Below are positions 17,804 through 27,768 of a stretch of DNA of 64,000 nucleotides, in pieces; the first letter of the stretch is position 1; the number at the start of each line of letters is the position of its first letter. The stretch is from Candidatus Latescibacterota bacterium. GTDB taxonomy: Bacteria; Latescibacterota; UBA2968. The position numbers were made by a program, and so were the translations under genes. The notes below the pieces were generated by a model. The model did no database searches and was not told the DNA's origin. It saw only the letters and a program-made list of their open reading frames with translations. The stretch covers positions 3,072,001 through 3,136,000 of the forward strand of contig OZ244960.1 of assembly GCA_965222605.1 (NCBI GenBank). The letters run 5' to 3'.

Positions 17804-19363
17804 ATGCTGATGACTGGTGGTCAGGCTGTGGTTGAGACATTGGATGCGTGGGGGGTGGATGTGGTGTTTGGCATTCCGGGGGTTCACACGCTCGCGCTTT
17901 ACGATGCGCTTTACGGTCATCCGCGCATTCGGCATGTGACGACGCGGCACGAGCAGGGGGCGGGTTTTATGGCCGATGGGTATGCGCGGGCTTCTGGGCG
18001 CGTGGGCGTGGCGTTGACGACGACGGGGCCAGCGGCGGTGAATGCGTTGACGCCGATTGGGGAAGCGCACGCAGAATCGTCGCCTGTGTTGTTGATATGC
18101 AGTGGTCCGACGGATGAAACATACGGTGCGGATGCGGGTGTGTTGCACGATATGCGCGATCAATTTGGCACGTTGTTTTCGGTAACGGGGCGCGGGCAGC
18201 GGGTGTCGCGTGTGGAAGAGATACCGGATGCGCTATCAGAGGGTTTTGAGGCGATGAAATACGGGCGCCCCCGGCCTTATGTTTTGGAAGTTCCGCTGGA
18301 TGTATTTAAGGAAGAAGCGGATGTAAAGATTGACGAACCCGCGCACCGTCCGCCGCATAAGCCTGAGGAGGTTGCGCTGGATGCCGCAGCGGAGATGATT
18401 CAGGCTGCGCGTAAGCCGGTGTTGATCGCGGGTGGGGGGACGCAAGATGCGAGTGATGATGTGGTCAGGTTGGCGGAGAAACTCGGCTTGCCGGTGGCTG
18501 TTACCGCCAATGGGCAGGGGGCTGTTCCGGCGGATCACCCTTTGCTGGTGCGCGGTGAGGCGATGAACAAATGTTTGAATGAAGCAGATGTGGTGATTGC
18601 TGTGGGTACGCGTTTGGGTTTTCGGTTTGAGCAACTGTGGAAGGGTACACCGGAGAAGCTCATTCATCTGGATATTGATCCGGGGGTGATCGGGCGGTCG
18701 TTTGAGCCAGATGTTGCGCTGATTGGCGATGCTGGCGCGGGGTTGAGGGGATTGTACGCGCGTTTGGATGGGGTAAAGACCGCGTGGGATGTCAATGATT
18801 CTATTTCGCAGGCGTCCGGTCAGGGGGAGCCGGGACCTTTTCCCGAGTTGCTGGGTATTTTGCGGGATGTTCTGGATCGGGATGCGGTAGTTGTGAATGA
18901 TATGACGATGATTAGCTATCAGGCACGCCGAATTTTTCCGGTTTATCAGCCGCGTACGTTTTTGTCGCCAACGGTTTACGGAACGCTGGGGTTTTCCCTG
19001 CCCGCTGCTGTGGGTGCTAAGATCGCGTGTCCAGATAAGCAGGTGGTGTCGCTGTGCGGTGATGGTGGGTTTATGTACACGGCGACAGAGCTTTCTACCG
19101 CGGTTCAGCAAAAAATATCTCTACCGGTTGTTTTGTGCAATGACAATGCTTATACTGCGATCAAGCGGGCGCAGGATCGGGAATGCGGTGGGCGGAATAT
19201 TGCCGTGGAATTGACAAATCCCGATTTTGTGATGTTTGCACAGAGTTTTGGGATGCAGAGTGTTCGCGTGACCAGTGGACAGGCGTTTGGCGAGGCACTC
19301 GAAGAGGCGTTGCGGGCTGATGGACCAACGCTGATCGAGGTTTTATTGCCGGAGTATGCCTGA
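17804..19363 (+). CDS. Thiamine pyrophosphate-binding enzyme (acetolactate synthase/decarboxylase family)
   Basis: VFGIPGVH, RHEQGAGFMADGYAR, TTGP and GDGGFMY...CND. Confidence 0.92.
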   Translation: MLMTGGQAVVETLDAWGVDVVFGIPGVHTLALYDALYGHPRIRHVTTRHEQGAGFMADGYARASGRVGVALTTTGPAAVNALTPIGEAHAESSPVLLICSGPTDETYGADAGVLHDMRDQFGTLFSVTGRGQRVSRVEEIPDALSEGFEAMKYGRPRPYVLEVPLDVFKEEADVKIDEPAHRPPHKPEEVALDAAAEMIQAARKPVLIAGGGTQDASDDVVRLAEKLGLPVAVTANGQGAVPADHPLLVRGEAMNKCLNEADVVIAVGTRLGFRFEQLWKGTPEKLIHLDIDPGVIGRSFEPDVALIGDAGAGLRGLYARLDGVKTAWDVNDSISQASGQGEPGPFPELLGILRDVLDRDAVVVNDMTMISYQARRIFPVYQPRTFLSPTVYGTLGFSLPAAVGAKIACPDKQVVSLCGDGGFMYTATELSTAVQQKISLPVVLCNDNAYTAIKRAQDRECGGRNIAVELTNPDFVMFAQSFGMQSVRVTSGQAFGEALEEALRADGPTLIEVLLPEYA

Positions 19364-19418
19364 TAAGTGCATCCTTATAAGTGGTAGATAGAGATAGAAC
19401 ACAGGCGCAGGAGGTTTT

Positions 19419-21134
19419 ATGGCAACAAAGCGCAAGAAGAGACGGCACAGAGGGGCTGCGGGCAAGGCGAATGCGGATTTGACGGCGCATATTCGATCAC
19501 TGGGGTTGACGAGTGTGGGGCAATATCAGGCGTGGTGTCGGGATCACGGATTTAATGGGGCGCTGAATAAGAACTGGCAGGAGCGGCGGCACGAGCGCAA
19601 GATTGCCGACCGGGCGATTGATGTGGAATTGACCGAACGGGAATTTGTGCGCCATATCAGTGCGTTGGGGTTAAAGACGGTTGCGGATTATACCGCATGG
19701 TGTAACGCGCACGGGTTGAGTACGGGTACGCATAAGAGCGTTGCTCAGCGCAAGAAAGAGCGCGATTTGGCCGAGCGGATAAAGAGCGATGCGGTTTTGG
19801 CGAAGATGAAAAATCACACGCGGCGGCCACAGGAGACGATTCGGGCCATTTATGAGGGCAAGCTGTCGGAAGCGGAGTTGAATCGCCCGCATTTGCAAAA
19901 GATCCAGCGGGCTTTTGATGGGCTGGGGAGAGACCGCAAGGGGCGACGCGCGCTGTTGCAGTTGTTGCTTCATGTGGAGAAACGAGGCGATTTTTTTCAG
20001 GTTAAGCCCGCGATTGTGCGCCTGGGACCTTCTGATGGCAATACATTTATTGAGGGATTGGGCGCGCTGTCGCATTGGCACAAGCGGTGGTTGCGCGATC
20101 CAGGAGAGTGGCGGCCAGATTCGCACAATGGGCGCAAGCAATTTGGTTCACTCGCGCGACATTTGCTCGCGAGATACGATGTGCCCACGTTTATGGATAT
20201 CGCGTGGTTTCTCGGTGGGGAAGATAAGGCACAGCAGCAGGGATGGTTTGTGCATGTGGGAACGGGCGGGAATATTCGCAAGGCGGATGTTCCGCTGACG
20301 CTGACGAAGAAGATGGCGCATTTGTTTTTGGAGTCGCCGCCTGATTATACGATTTACGAGGCGTTTCGGCGCGGTCAAATTCTGGGGCTTGGCGGGGAAG
20401 AACCGCTGGTGCGCGCGGTGAATAGTACGCGGTTGGGGTCGTCCTTTGAATGCGAATCTTTCTGGCATAAGGTGGTGCACTTTTTTGTGAATAATCCAAT
20501 GCTCGATCCCGATGAGGTGGGACCTATTGTGGATTATATTCACAATCAAAAATACGTGCATCGAGAAGAGACGGTTGGTGGCGAGGTGGTGCAGTTGCCT
20601 CCCGAGCAGCCGAATTTTTCGATTAAGGGGCGCAGTGTGGTCAAGTTGCTGCGGCAGGTTGAGATGTGGCACCGACAGTTGGCGAGGCAGAATCGCTTGC
20701 CGGCAAAGGTGTGGGAGCCTTCGGGACTCAATGAGCTGGATTGGACAGAGACGGATAATTATGGAAATAAAAAGGATCGCTGGACGATTACGGAGTTGGT
20801 GACGGTCAAAGAGTTGTCCCTTGAAGGGCGCAAGATGCATCACTGCGTGGGGTCTTATGCGAATAATTGCAAGAATGGGAGGACGTCAATCTGGTCGATG
20901 CAGGTTACGACGCCGGAGGATGAAATGCATCGGGTGATGACGATTGCGGTGCAAAATGGCAGCCGGAGCATTACGCAGGCGCGTGGGAAATGCAATGCGC
21001 GACCCAATGGCAGAACGCCCAGTGGCAAGCGTCGGGATTTTAGCAAGGAGTATGAACGCCATTTGCGGAAGTCGCGCCATGTGTTGTTTTTGTGGCGGGA
21101 GCAAGAGAGGTTGTCTATGTCGCGTGGTGTATAA
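19419..21134 (+). CDS. PcfJ domain-containing protein
   Basis: C-terminal ELSLEGRKMHHCVGSY...IWSM...QARGKCN; two N-terminal HIxxLGL..Y.AWC..HG repeats. Confidence 0.75.
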   Translation: MATKRKKRRHRGAAGKANADLTAHIRSLGLTSVGQYQAWCRDHGFNGALNKNWQERRHERKIADRAIDVELTEREFVRHISALGLKTVADYTAWCNAHGLSTGTHKSVAQRKKERDLAERIKSDAVLAKMKNHTRRPQETIRAIYEGKLSEAELNRPHLQKIQRAFDGLGRDRKGRRALLQLLLHVEKRGDFFQVKPAIVRLGPSDGNTFIEGLGALSHWHKRWLRDPGEWRPDSHNGRKQFGSLARHLLARYDVPTFMDIAWFLGGEDKAQQQGWFVHVGTGGNIRKADVPLTLTKKMAHLFLESPPDYTIYEAFRRGQILGLGGEEPLVRAVNSTRLGSSFECESFWHKVVHFFVNNPMLDPDEVGPIVDYIHNQKYVHREETVGGEVVQLPPEQPNFSIKGRSVVKLLRQVEMWHRQLARQNRLPAKVWEPSGLNELDWTETDNYGNKKDRWTITELVTVKELSLEGRKMHHCVGSYANNCKNGRTSIWSMQVTTPEDEMHRVMTIAVQNGSRSITQARGKCNARPNGRTPSGKRRDFSKEYERHLRKSRHVLFLWREQERLSMSRGV

Positions 21135-21138
21135 GCGA

Positions 21139-23532
21139 TCATTCATACCGCAACGCTGTCGCTGGGTCGGTCAAGGCTGCGCGAATAGCCTGCGTGCTCA
21201 CTGTCATGATCGCGATTGCCATTGTTAGCAACCCACTCAGCACAAAAATTAGTGCACCCAAATCTATGCGATACGCAAACCTCGCCAACCACTCATTCAT
21301 AGCCCAATAGGCCAGCGGAAATGCGATCAGATCGGCCAGCAGTACCAAAATCACAAATTCCCGCGAGAGCAAACGCACAATATTGGGTACGGATGCGCCC
21401 AGCGTCTTGCGGATGCCAATTTCTTTGGTGCGTTGCTCTGCCGTAAATGCCGCCAGGCCAAACAGGCCCAGGCACGCTATTACAATCGCCAGCCCGGCAA
21501 ATACGGTCACAAGTGTTCCAATCCGTTGTTCGGCCATATAAGAGCGCGCCAAATATTCGTCTAAAAATCGATACACAAACGGTTTTTCGGGAATATATTT
21601 CTGCCATAGTTCACCGATATATTTAAGCGTCTCTTCAATATCCTCACCGCGAATTTTTAGTGATAGCACATTGAATTTGGGTTGCCACATCGCAATTGCC
21701 ACGGGCCGAATGACTTCGTGTAGCGACCGGTTGTGAAAATCTTTTACCACGCCGATCACAATTCCCTTTTCTCGATTGTACGCAGACCATCCAAACGCCT
21801 TTCCTATCGGCTCAGTCCACCCCAATCGCTTCACGGCAGTCTCGTTTAAGATAAACGCCCGAGACGTATCTGCTACCATCGAAAAATTGCGACCCGCTAT
21901 GAGTTCCAAATTATAGGTGTCTAAAAAAGCTTCATCTACCCCCATAACGCGCATCCGCCAGTCTTCACCTCCTCTGCCCTCGGGAAATACCCTGTCCAGT
22001 TGTCCCCCATATCCCATCGTAGAATGCGCTGCCGATGCTTTCAAGATATTTGGGTGCTTCAAAAATTCATTCTTGACATTCAAATAATCATCTGTCAATC
22101 GCCGATCTGTCGCAAATAGCCAGGTTAGAACCATGAGATTTTTATCAAATCCCAGATTTTTATTTTGCACATAATTCAACTGCTGATACACCGTGTATGT
22201 ACCCGCAATTAGAAATGTCGAGATCGCAAATTGAAATACCACGAGAATCTGTCGCAGTCGGCCGCTTTTGGCACCTGAAACAAGCGTGCCTTTCAGGACC
22301 ATTACAGGCCGAAAGCTGGACAAAAACAGTGCGGGATATCCTCCGGCGAGTACGCTCACCAGCACCGTTAAAACAAATAGCCCGGCAATCGCATACCACA
22401 GGGTCTGTCCTTCAAGCGCAATTGTTTTTTGGGCAAAGTTATTCAGGAGAGGCAGTGAAAATTTTACAATAATTAGCGACAATATCCCGGCCAATAGTGC
22501 GGTCAAAAACGTCTCTCCCAAAAACTGTCGAATCAATTGGGCGCGATAGGCCCCCACGACCTTCCGCAACCCAACTTCGCGTGCCCGTCGCGCAGAACGC
22601 GCTGTTGATAGGTTCATAAAATTGATGCACGCAATCAGCAGAATAAATAGCCCGATGATTGCAAAGAGGTACACGTAGGTGATGTCGCTATAAGCTGAGA
22701 TGCCATAATCCACCCTGGAATACAGATAAATCCGATCAAGAGGCTGCAAAAAATAGGTGCTCTTTTTGACGATCTCATCACCCATATATCGCGCCATAAA
22801 TTTGGGTAATTTTGCTTCGAGTGCCGTAGCATCTGCGCCTTCTCGCAATAAAATGTAATTTTGTGCCGGTCGCCAGGTTGAATCCACGGCCCACTGTTCA
22901 AATACATTCCGCGTCCAATAGGTGTTCACCGTTGCACATACAATGTCAAACTGCATGGTTGATTGTCGAGGCACGTTTTTTAGTACGCCAGTAATCGTAT
23001 ATACCCCACCCATATACCGATCATCGACTGTAAGCACTTTTCCTATTGGATCGTCATCCCCAAAGAATCGCCGCGCCGCTGTCTCTGTCACCAAAATGGA
23101 AAGCGGTTCTTTGAGAACCGTCGCCCTATCTCCTATCACCAGTTCAAAATCGAAGACATCCAAAAAATCGGGATCTGTCAAACAGAACCGCTGATTAAAT
23201 TTGCGGTCTTTATACGTGGTCCAGCTATAGTCCAACATATATCGCACGACTGTTTCGATTTCTGAATAATCTTTTTTTAGCGCGGGGCCCGCTGCGCCCG
23301 ATGTGCCAAAACCCATGTCGCGGATACCGCCATCGTTGCGCATCTCGCGGAGCAATTTGTAAATCCGATCGCTCTTTGTGTGAAACCGATTGACGCGAAA
23401 TTCATCGTGAATGAATAATCCGATCAGGACACAACAAGCCACGCCCACCGATAATCCCAGTACATTGATCAGCGAGTACCCCTTGTGACGCATCAAATTG
23501 CGCAGGGCGATTTTCAGATAGTTTTGGAGCAT
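21139..23532 (-). CDS. ABC transporter permease, duplicated MacB/FtsX type (paralogue F)
   Basis: NYLKIALRNL, ACINFMNLSTAR..REVGLRKVVGA, QRTKEIGIRK and ALRYE. Confidence 0.92.
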   Translation of the reverse strand: MLQNYLKIALRNLMRHKGYSLINVLGLSVGVACCVLIGLFIHDEFRVNRFHTKSDRIYKLLREMRNDGGIRDMGFGTSGAAGPALKKDYSEIETVVRYMLDYSWTTYKDRKFNQRFCLTDPDFLDVFDFELVIGDRATVLKEPLSILVTETAARRFFGDDDPIGKVLTVDDRYMGGVYTITGVLKNVPRQSTMQFDIVCATVNTYWTRNVFEQWAVDSTWRPAQNYILLREGADATALEAKLPKFMARYMGDEIVKKSTYFLQPLDRIYLYSRVDYGISAYSDITYVYLFAIIGLFILLIACINFMNLSTARSARRAREVGLRKVVGAYRAQLIRQFLGETFLTALLAGILSLIIVKFSLPLLNNFAQKTIALEGQTLWYAIAGLFVLTVLVSVLAGGYPALFLSSFRPVMVLKGTLVSGAKSGRLRQILVVFQFAISTFLIAGTYTVYQQLNYVQNKNLGFDKNLMVLTWLFATDRRLTDDYLNVKNEFLKHPNILKASAAHSTMGYGGQLDRVFPEGRGGEDWRMRVMGVDEAFLDTYNLELIAGRNFSMVADTSRAFILNETAVKRLGWTEPIGKAFGWSAYNREKGIVIGVVKDFHNRSLHEVIRPVAIAMWQPKFNVLSLKIRGEDIEETLKYIGELWQKYIPEKPFVYRFLDEYLARSYMAEQRIGTLVTVFAGLAIVIACLGLFGLAAFTAEQRTKEIGIRKTLGASVPNIVRLLSREFVILVLLADLIAFPLAYWAMNEWLARFAYRIDLGALIFVLSGLLTMAIAIMTVSTQAIRAALTDPATALRYE

Positions 23533-23553
23533 GATTGTTTCTACAGAATGGGG

Positions 23554-23644
23554 TTATAGTTGTTCATCCCGGTCTAACCATCCGTCCGATAGATGTATGA
23601 TGCGGTCTCCATAAGAGGCGTTCTTCTCTGAGTGCGTGCATTGG
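23554..23644 (-). repeat. Duplicated 3' end of the ABC ATPase gene (copy of 24306-24396)
   Basis: Encodes QCTHSEKNASYGDRIIHLSDGWLDRDEQL* versus QCTHSEKNAAYGDRIVHLSDGWLDRDEHL*. Confidence 0.9.
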
Positions 23645-23656
23645 TCGGGCAACCAG

Positions 23657-24252
23657 TCACGTCAGACAATGCGCCACTGCGTCTCTGTACGTTTCGAGCA
23701 CTGGGGTTTCCAGGTTCTTCACCTTGGCCAGATCATCCCATTTCCTGAGGTGCACGGCATTCTGGTAGTAAGGATTGCTTTCGAACTCGGTCCTTTCCCG
23801 ATCTGACATGAGGCCTCCTTGCAGTTGGAAACTATGCTTAGAGGCTTCGGAAAGGGTGTTGTAGTAGGTCGAATCCGTGGTGCAGATGTATCGCTTGGCC
23901 GGAACGTGAAGTTTCACCGGTTCGGTCACCGCCTCGATAAAAAAGGGCGCTATGTACGCGGCGCCCACTTCTTCGTGGAGAAAGTCCTGGGTGTGGAAAT
24001 CTGCGTTTTCTGCGTGTTCGTCCATCAGAAAATGGCCGATATCGTGCAATAGTGCGGCAGTTATCTGAATCGCGTCTCCATTGGCGAGCTGGGCCAGATT
24101 GGCGCACTGGAGCGCGTGTTCGAGTTGCGTTACGACTTCGTCGTAGTAGGACTGGCCCCTCGCTTCCATGTAGGCGAACAGAGCATCTATTTTTTTTCTG
24201 GCCTGCCTTCGGTCAATTCGTTCGCGAGTGTTGGATTGACGCGTTCCTTCAT
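23657..24252 (-). CDS. HD-domain protein of the PhnZ/TmpB-like phosphonate oxygenase family; frameshifted at an A8 tract (intact ORF 23657-24169)
   Basis: TQLEHALQCA, AALLHDIGH, HEEVGA, LHVPAKRY, SFQLQGG and WDDLAK. The frame from the ATG at 24252 stops after GAA AAA AAA TAG. Confidence 0.8.
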
Positions 24253-24305
24253 TTTGGCACCATCTTTCTCTAAAAATGTTCGAGTGATAAATTTAATTAG
24301 AGGGA

Positions 24306-24980
24306 TTACAAATGTTCATCCCGGTCCAACCATCCGTCCGATAGATGTACGATGCGGTCTCCGTAAGCGGCGTTTTTCTCTGAGTGGGTGCATTGGACGA
24401 TGGTTACGCCTTCGGCATTTAGATGTTTGAAGAGGGTCATGATCCGCTCGCCTTCTGCCGAGTTTAAGTTGCCGGTTGGTTCGTCTGCCAGGATCATTTT
24501 TGGCTGTGTGATCAATGCTCGGGCTACGCCTACCAGTTGTTGTTGTCCGCCGGATAACTGGTTGGGGAATAGTCGCTTTTTTGCCACGATGTTGAAGCGG
24601 TCCAGCATTTCGGCGATGCGGCCTTTGCGTTCGGCGCCTTTTACTTTTTGATATAAGAGGGGTGTTTCCAGATTTTCGCCGACGGTTAGTTCGTCGATTA
24701 GATGGTAGCTCTGAAATACAAATCCGATGTGGTCTCGGTGCAGTTCGGTCAATGCGCGTTCGTCCAGTTTGTGAACTGCGCGGTTGTAAAAATGGTACTC
24801 TCCATTCGAGGCGGTGTCCAACATGCCCAGGATGTGCAATAGGGTTGATTTGCCGGCTCCAGAGGGTCCCATGATGGATACAAATTCCCCTTCGCGGATT
24901 TCCAGATCAATCCGGCGCAGTACGAATGTTTTTACGACGCCATTTTCGTAGTATTTTTCGATGTTTTTTAGTTCGATCAT
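24306..24980 (-). CDS. ABC transporter ATP-binding protein (LolD/MacB-type)
   Basis: GPSGAGKST, LSGGQQQ and LADEPTGNL; start MIELKN. Confidence 0.93.
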   Translation of the reverse strand: MIELKNIEKYYENGVVKTFVLRRIDLEIREGEFVSIMGPSGAGKSTLLHILGMLDTASNGEYHFYNRAVHKLDERALTELHRDHIGFVFQSYHLIDELTVGENLETPLLYQKVKGAERKGRIAEMLDRFNIVAKKRLFPNQLSGGQQQLVGVARALITQPKMILADEPTGNLNSAEGERIMTLFKHLNAEGVTIVQCTHSEKNAAYGDRIVHLSDGWLDRDEHL

Positions 24981-24990
24981 TTTTAGCTCC

Positions 24991-25248
24991 TTATGCGCGG
25001 CGTTCGAATAGGATAGATACTTCGCGTTCGGATGGCTCGCCAATTTCTACGAGGGACCAGTCTGCGTCGTAGTTTTCCACAATCCGCTTCAAACACATGA
25101 CTCTCTGTTCGTGGGGTTGGGCGTGTTCCTCCCAGGCGAATAGTTCCATGCGGTAATCGTATTTTCTGCTTTTGCCGTTTACCACCACGGTTACTTCCAC
25201 GGTGTCTTCGGCGTCTAAAGGCGGCAATTTGATCGAGATTTTGGGCAT
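24991..25248 (-). CDS. Small hypothetical protein in the transporter operon
   Basis: Co-oriented and tightly spaced between permease and ATPase; GGAG RBS before MPKISIK. Confidence 0.65.
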   Translation of the reverse strand: MPKISIKLPPLDAEDTVEVTVVVNGKSRKYDYRMELFAWEEHAQPHEQRVMCLKRIVENYDADWSLVEIGEPSEREVSILFERRA

Positions 25249-25274
25249 GGTGATTCTCCGAAACAACGGTCAAC

Positions 25275-25327
25275 GGGCGACCACAGGCACTGCCCCGTAA
25301 TGTTTTTATACGGGGGGTCGCCCTTAC
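25275..25327. repeat. REP-like palindrome GGGCGACC...GGTCGCCCTTAC with a nested hairpin
   Basis: Outer arms at 25275-25282 and 25316-25323; inner TGCCCCGTA-ATGTTTTTA-TACGGGG. Confidence 0.65.
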
Positions 25328-27756
25328 TCATACCGCAGGGCGTCAACGGGATTGGAACGCGCTGCGCGGATGGCCTGGAGGCTTATGGTACACAGGGCGA
25401 TGATAACGGCTAATAGGCTACACAGAACATATATTTTTACACTGGGTACAATGCGGTATGCAAAGCCATTGAGCCACTGTCCCATTGCCCAATAGGCCAC
25501 AGGCCATGCGACGAGATTGGCAATGGTGAGCAGGAGTACAAATTCCCGCGATAGAAGCGCGATGATCTCACTTACCGATGCACCCAAAACCTTGCGAATG
25601 CCAATTTCTTTTGTGCGCTGAGAAACAGATAGGGATGCGAGGCCAAATAAGCCCAAACACGCGATCAAAATTCCAAATCCCGACGCGTACCACACGATTT
25701 GGACCCAGCGCTGTTCTTCGCGGTATTGACGGTTGACCTGTTGATCCAGGAATGCAAATATAAACGGACGCGCGGGTTCAATTTTTTTCCAGGTTTCTCG
25801 CAGCAACTCAATACTGCCGTTTACGTCTTCTGGGCGAATACGCACGAGAATCACGCCTGGGCCGCGATCGCCTGGCGAGTCGCTTATTGAGTTATAAAAT
25901 ACGATCGGCTTGATTTCGTTGTGAAGTGATTGAAAATGAAAATTTTTCACCACCCCAATTACCTGATGCGGCTCTTTTTTGTTCAGTACGGGAAATGGCT
26001 GCCCAATGGGGTCATCCCAGCCAAAAATATCTACCAGTGTCTCGTTCACAATTACAGACCGCTGAGAATCGCTCGGAAATTCTGTGGAAAAGTTTCGCCC
26101 CATCTTCAGGCCAATGCCCAGTGTTTCTAAATAGGCTTCATCAATCCACATGGTCCAGATAGTGATCGACTTGCCATTGGGCAATCTATGGCCTCTTTGT
26201 TCTTGACTATTTACAAATGAATAGCCCCCGCCAGCAATATTTACGATGCGATCATGACCGCGTAAGGCATCGCGCAAGCGTTGGGGAGTTTCCCGCGTGG
26301 CGTTGCGCAAGACGATCACCTGTTCGCTGGTATATCCCAAATTTTTTGACTGCAAATAATCCAGTTGCTGCGCCATGATGCCCGTGCAGATCATCAAAAC
26401 GATTGACAAAGCATATTGCACTATGACCAGGGCGCGTGCAAAGGGTTTGCGCCGTCTTGTCCGCGTGTTGCCCTTGAATACGGATATGGGTTGCAATTTT
26501 GATAATATTAGTGCTGGATAACTGCCGGCGGCGAGTCCGACAAATACGAGCACACCTGTTAGCGCGACAATCAGTTCCCAACTGGGGACGATTGCCACTT
26601 CCCCGGCAATCATGTCGTTGAATACCGGTAAAAACAATCTGGCAAGTGCCGATCCCAGGATCAGGGCGAGCAAGCTCATCAGCAGGGTTTCACCCCAGAA
26701 TTGTTGCATTAAGTTGCCGCGATGTGCGCCCAATACTTTGCGGATGCCCACTTCCAGTGACCGCCGCGCCGAGTATCCCAGTGACAGGGTTGTGAAATTG
26801 ATACACGCGATCAGCAGGACCACCGCGCCAATGGCTGATAGGACATAGGCGAACATGGGGCTGATGGTTTGTTCGTATCCTCCGGTTACGTCGTTTTGAA
26901 AATGAATTTTTACAAGGGGTTGTAATTGGAATTGAAAGGCATCGGCGCGGTCTTGAATGCGCCCCCACTTGACCCAGTTACTTCTCTGTCTGGTTAGTCG
27001 TTCGGTGGTAAAAGTGGCGAGTTTTTCGTTTAGTGCTGTCGCCTGATTTGCCTCGTGGATTTGAACATAAGTCGATACGCGCGCCCCCCACGCATTCGAC
27101 ATTTGAAAATGCCATTTGTTATCTCGATACGCACTCTCAAAGGGAATGAGAATGTCATTTCCACGCATACTCGAGGTCAACGGCAATGCTTTCATAATGC
27201 CTGTGACCACATACTCTCGGGGGTCCCGAATGCCCTTAATACGCAGCGACTGGCCTATCACACGGGCGTAATTTTCTGTTTCATCAAAGTATTTTTTTGC
27301 CACGCGCTCGCTGATGACCACGCTGTGCATATCGTCAAGTGCTGTATTTGCATCTCCGGCTAATAGCGGATAGGTGAATATCTGCAAATAGGCGGGATCT
27401 ATTAGTGCAATGCGTTCCCCAAATAGCTTATCCCCACGCTCGATAATCACATTTGAATTGGCAAATCGCGTTGTGTGAGCGATTTCTGGAAATGCTTCTT
27501 TCAAGGCGGCCGCGAGTTCTTCCGGTTGTCTTACCGTTAGTGCGATTTCGCCCTCTTTGGTAATTTCCCGCGCCAATACCCGAAAGATCACACCTCTGTT
27601 TTTGTGAAACCGATCAAAAGACCATTGCTGATGCACCGCCGAAAAAATGAGCACACAGCACGCCATCCCAATCGCGAGTCCCAGGATGTTAATTGATGCG
27701 TATAATTTGTTCCGCATTAAATTGCGTAGCGCGATTTTGAGATAGTTTTTGATCAT
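25324..27756 (-). CDS. ABC transporter permease, duplicated MacB/FtsX type (paralogue E)
   Basis: Same motif set as the other paralogues; ends NPVDALRYE. Confidence 0.92.
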   Translation of the reverse strand: MIKNYLKIALRNLMRNKLYASINILGLAIGMACCVLIFSAVHQQWSFDRFHKNRGVIFRVLAREITKEGEIALTVRQPEELAAALKEAFPEIAHTTRFANSNVIIERGDKLFGERIALIDPAYLQIFTYPLLAGDANTALDDMHSVVISERVAKKYFDETENYARVIGQSLRIKGIRDPREYVVTGIMKALPLTSSMRGNDILIPFESAYRDNKWHFQMSNAWGARVSTYVQIHEANQATALNEKLATFTTERLTRQRSNWVKWGRIQDRADAFQFQLQPLVKIHFQNDVTGGYEQTISPMFAYVLSAIGAVVLLIACINFTTLSLGYSARRSLEVGIRKVLGAHRGNLMQQFWGETLLMSLLALILGSALARLFLPVFNDMIAGEVAIVPSWELIVALTGVLVFVGLAAGSYPALILSKLQPISVFKGNTRTRRRKPFARALVIVQYALSIVLMICTGIMAQQLDYLQSKNLGYTSEQVIVLRNATRETPQRLRDALRGHDRIVNIAGGGYSFVNSQEQRGHRLPNGKSITIWTMWIDEAYLETLGIGLKMGRNFSTEFPSDSQRSVIVNETLVDIFGWDDPIGQPFPVLNKKEPHQVIGVVKNFHFQSLHNEIKPIVFYNSISDSPGDRGPGVILVRIRPEDVNGSIELLRETWKKIEPARPFIFAFLDQQVNRQYREEQRWVQIVWYASGFGILIACLGLFGLASLSVSQRTKEIGIRKVLGASVSEIIALLSREFVLLLTIANLVAWPVAYWAMGQWLNGFAYRIVPSVKIYVLCSLLAVIIALCTISLQAIRAARSNPVDALRYE

Positions 27757-27768
27757 GCGGTTTTTCCG

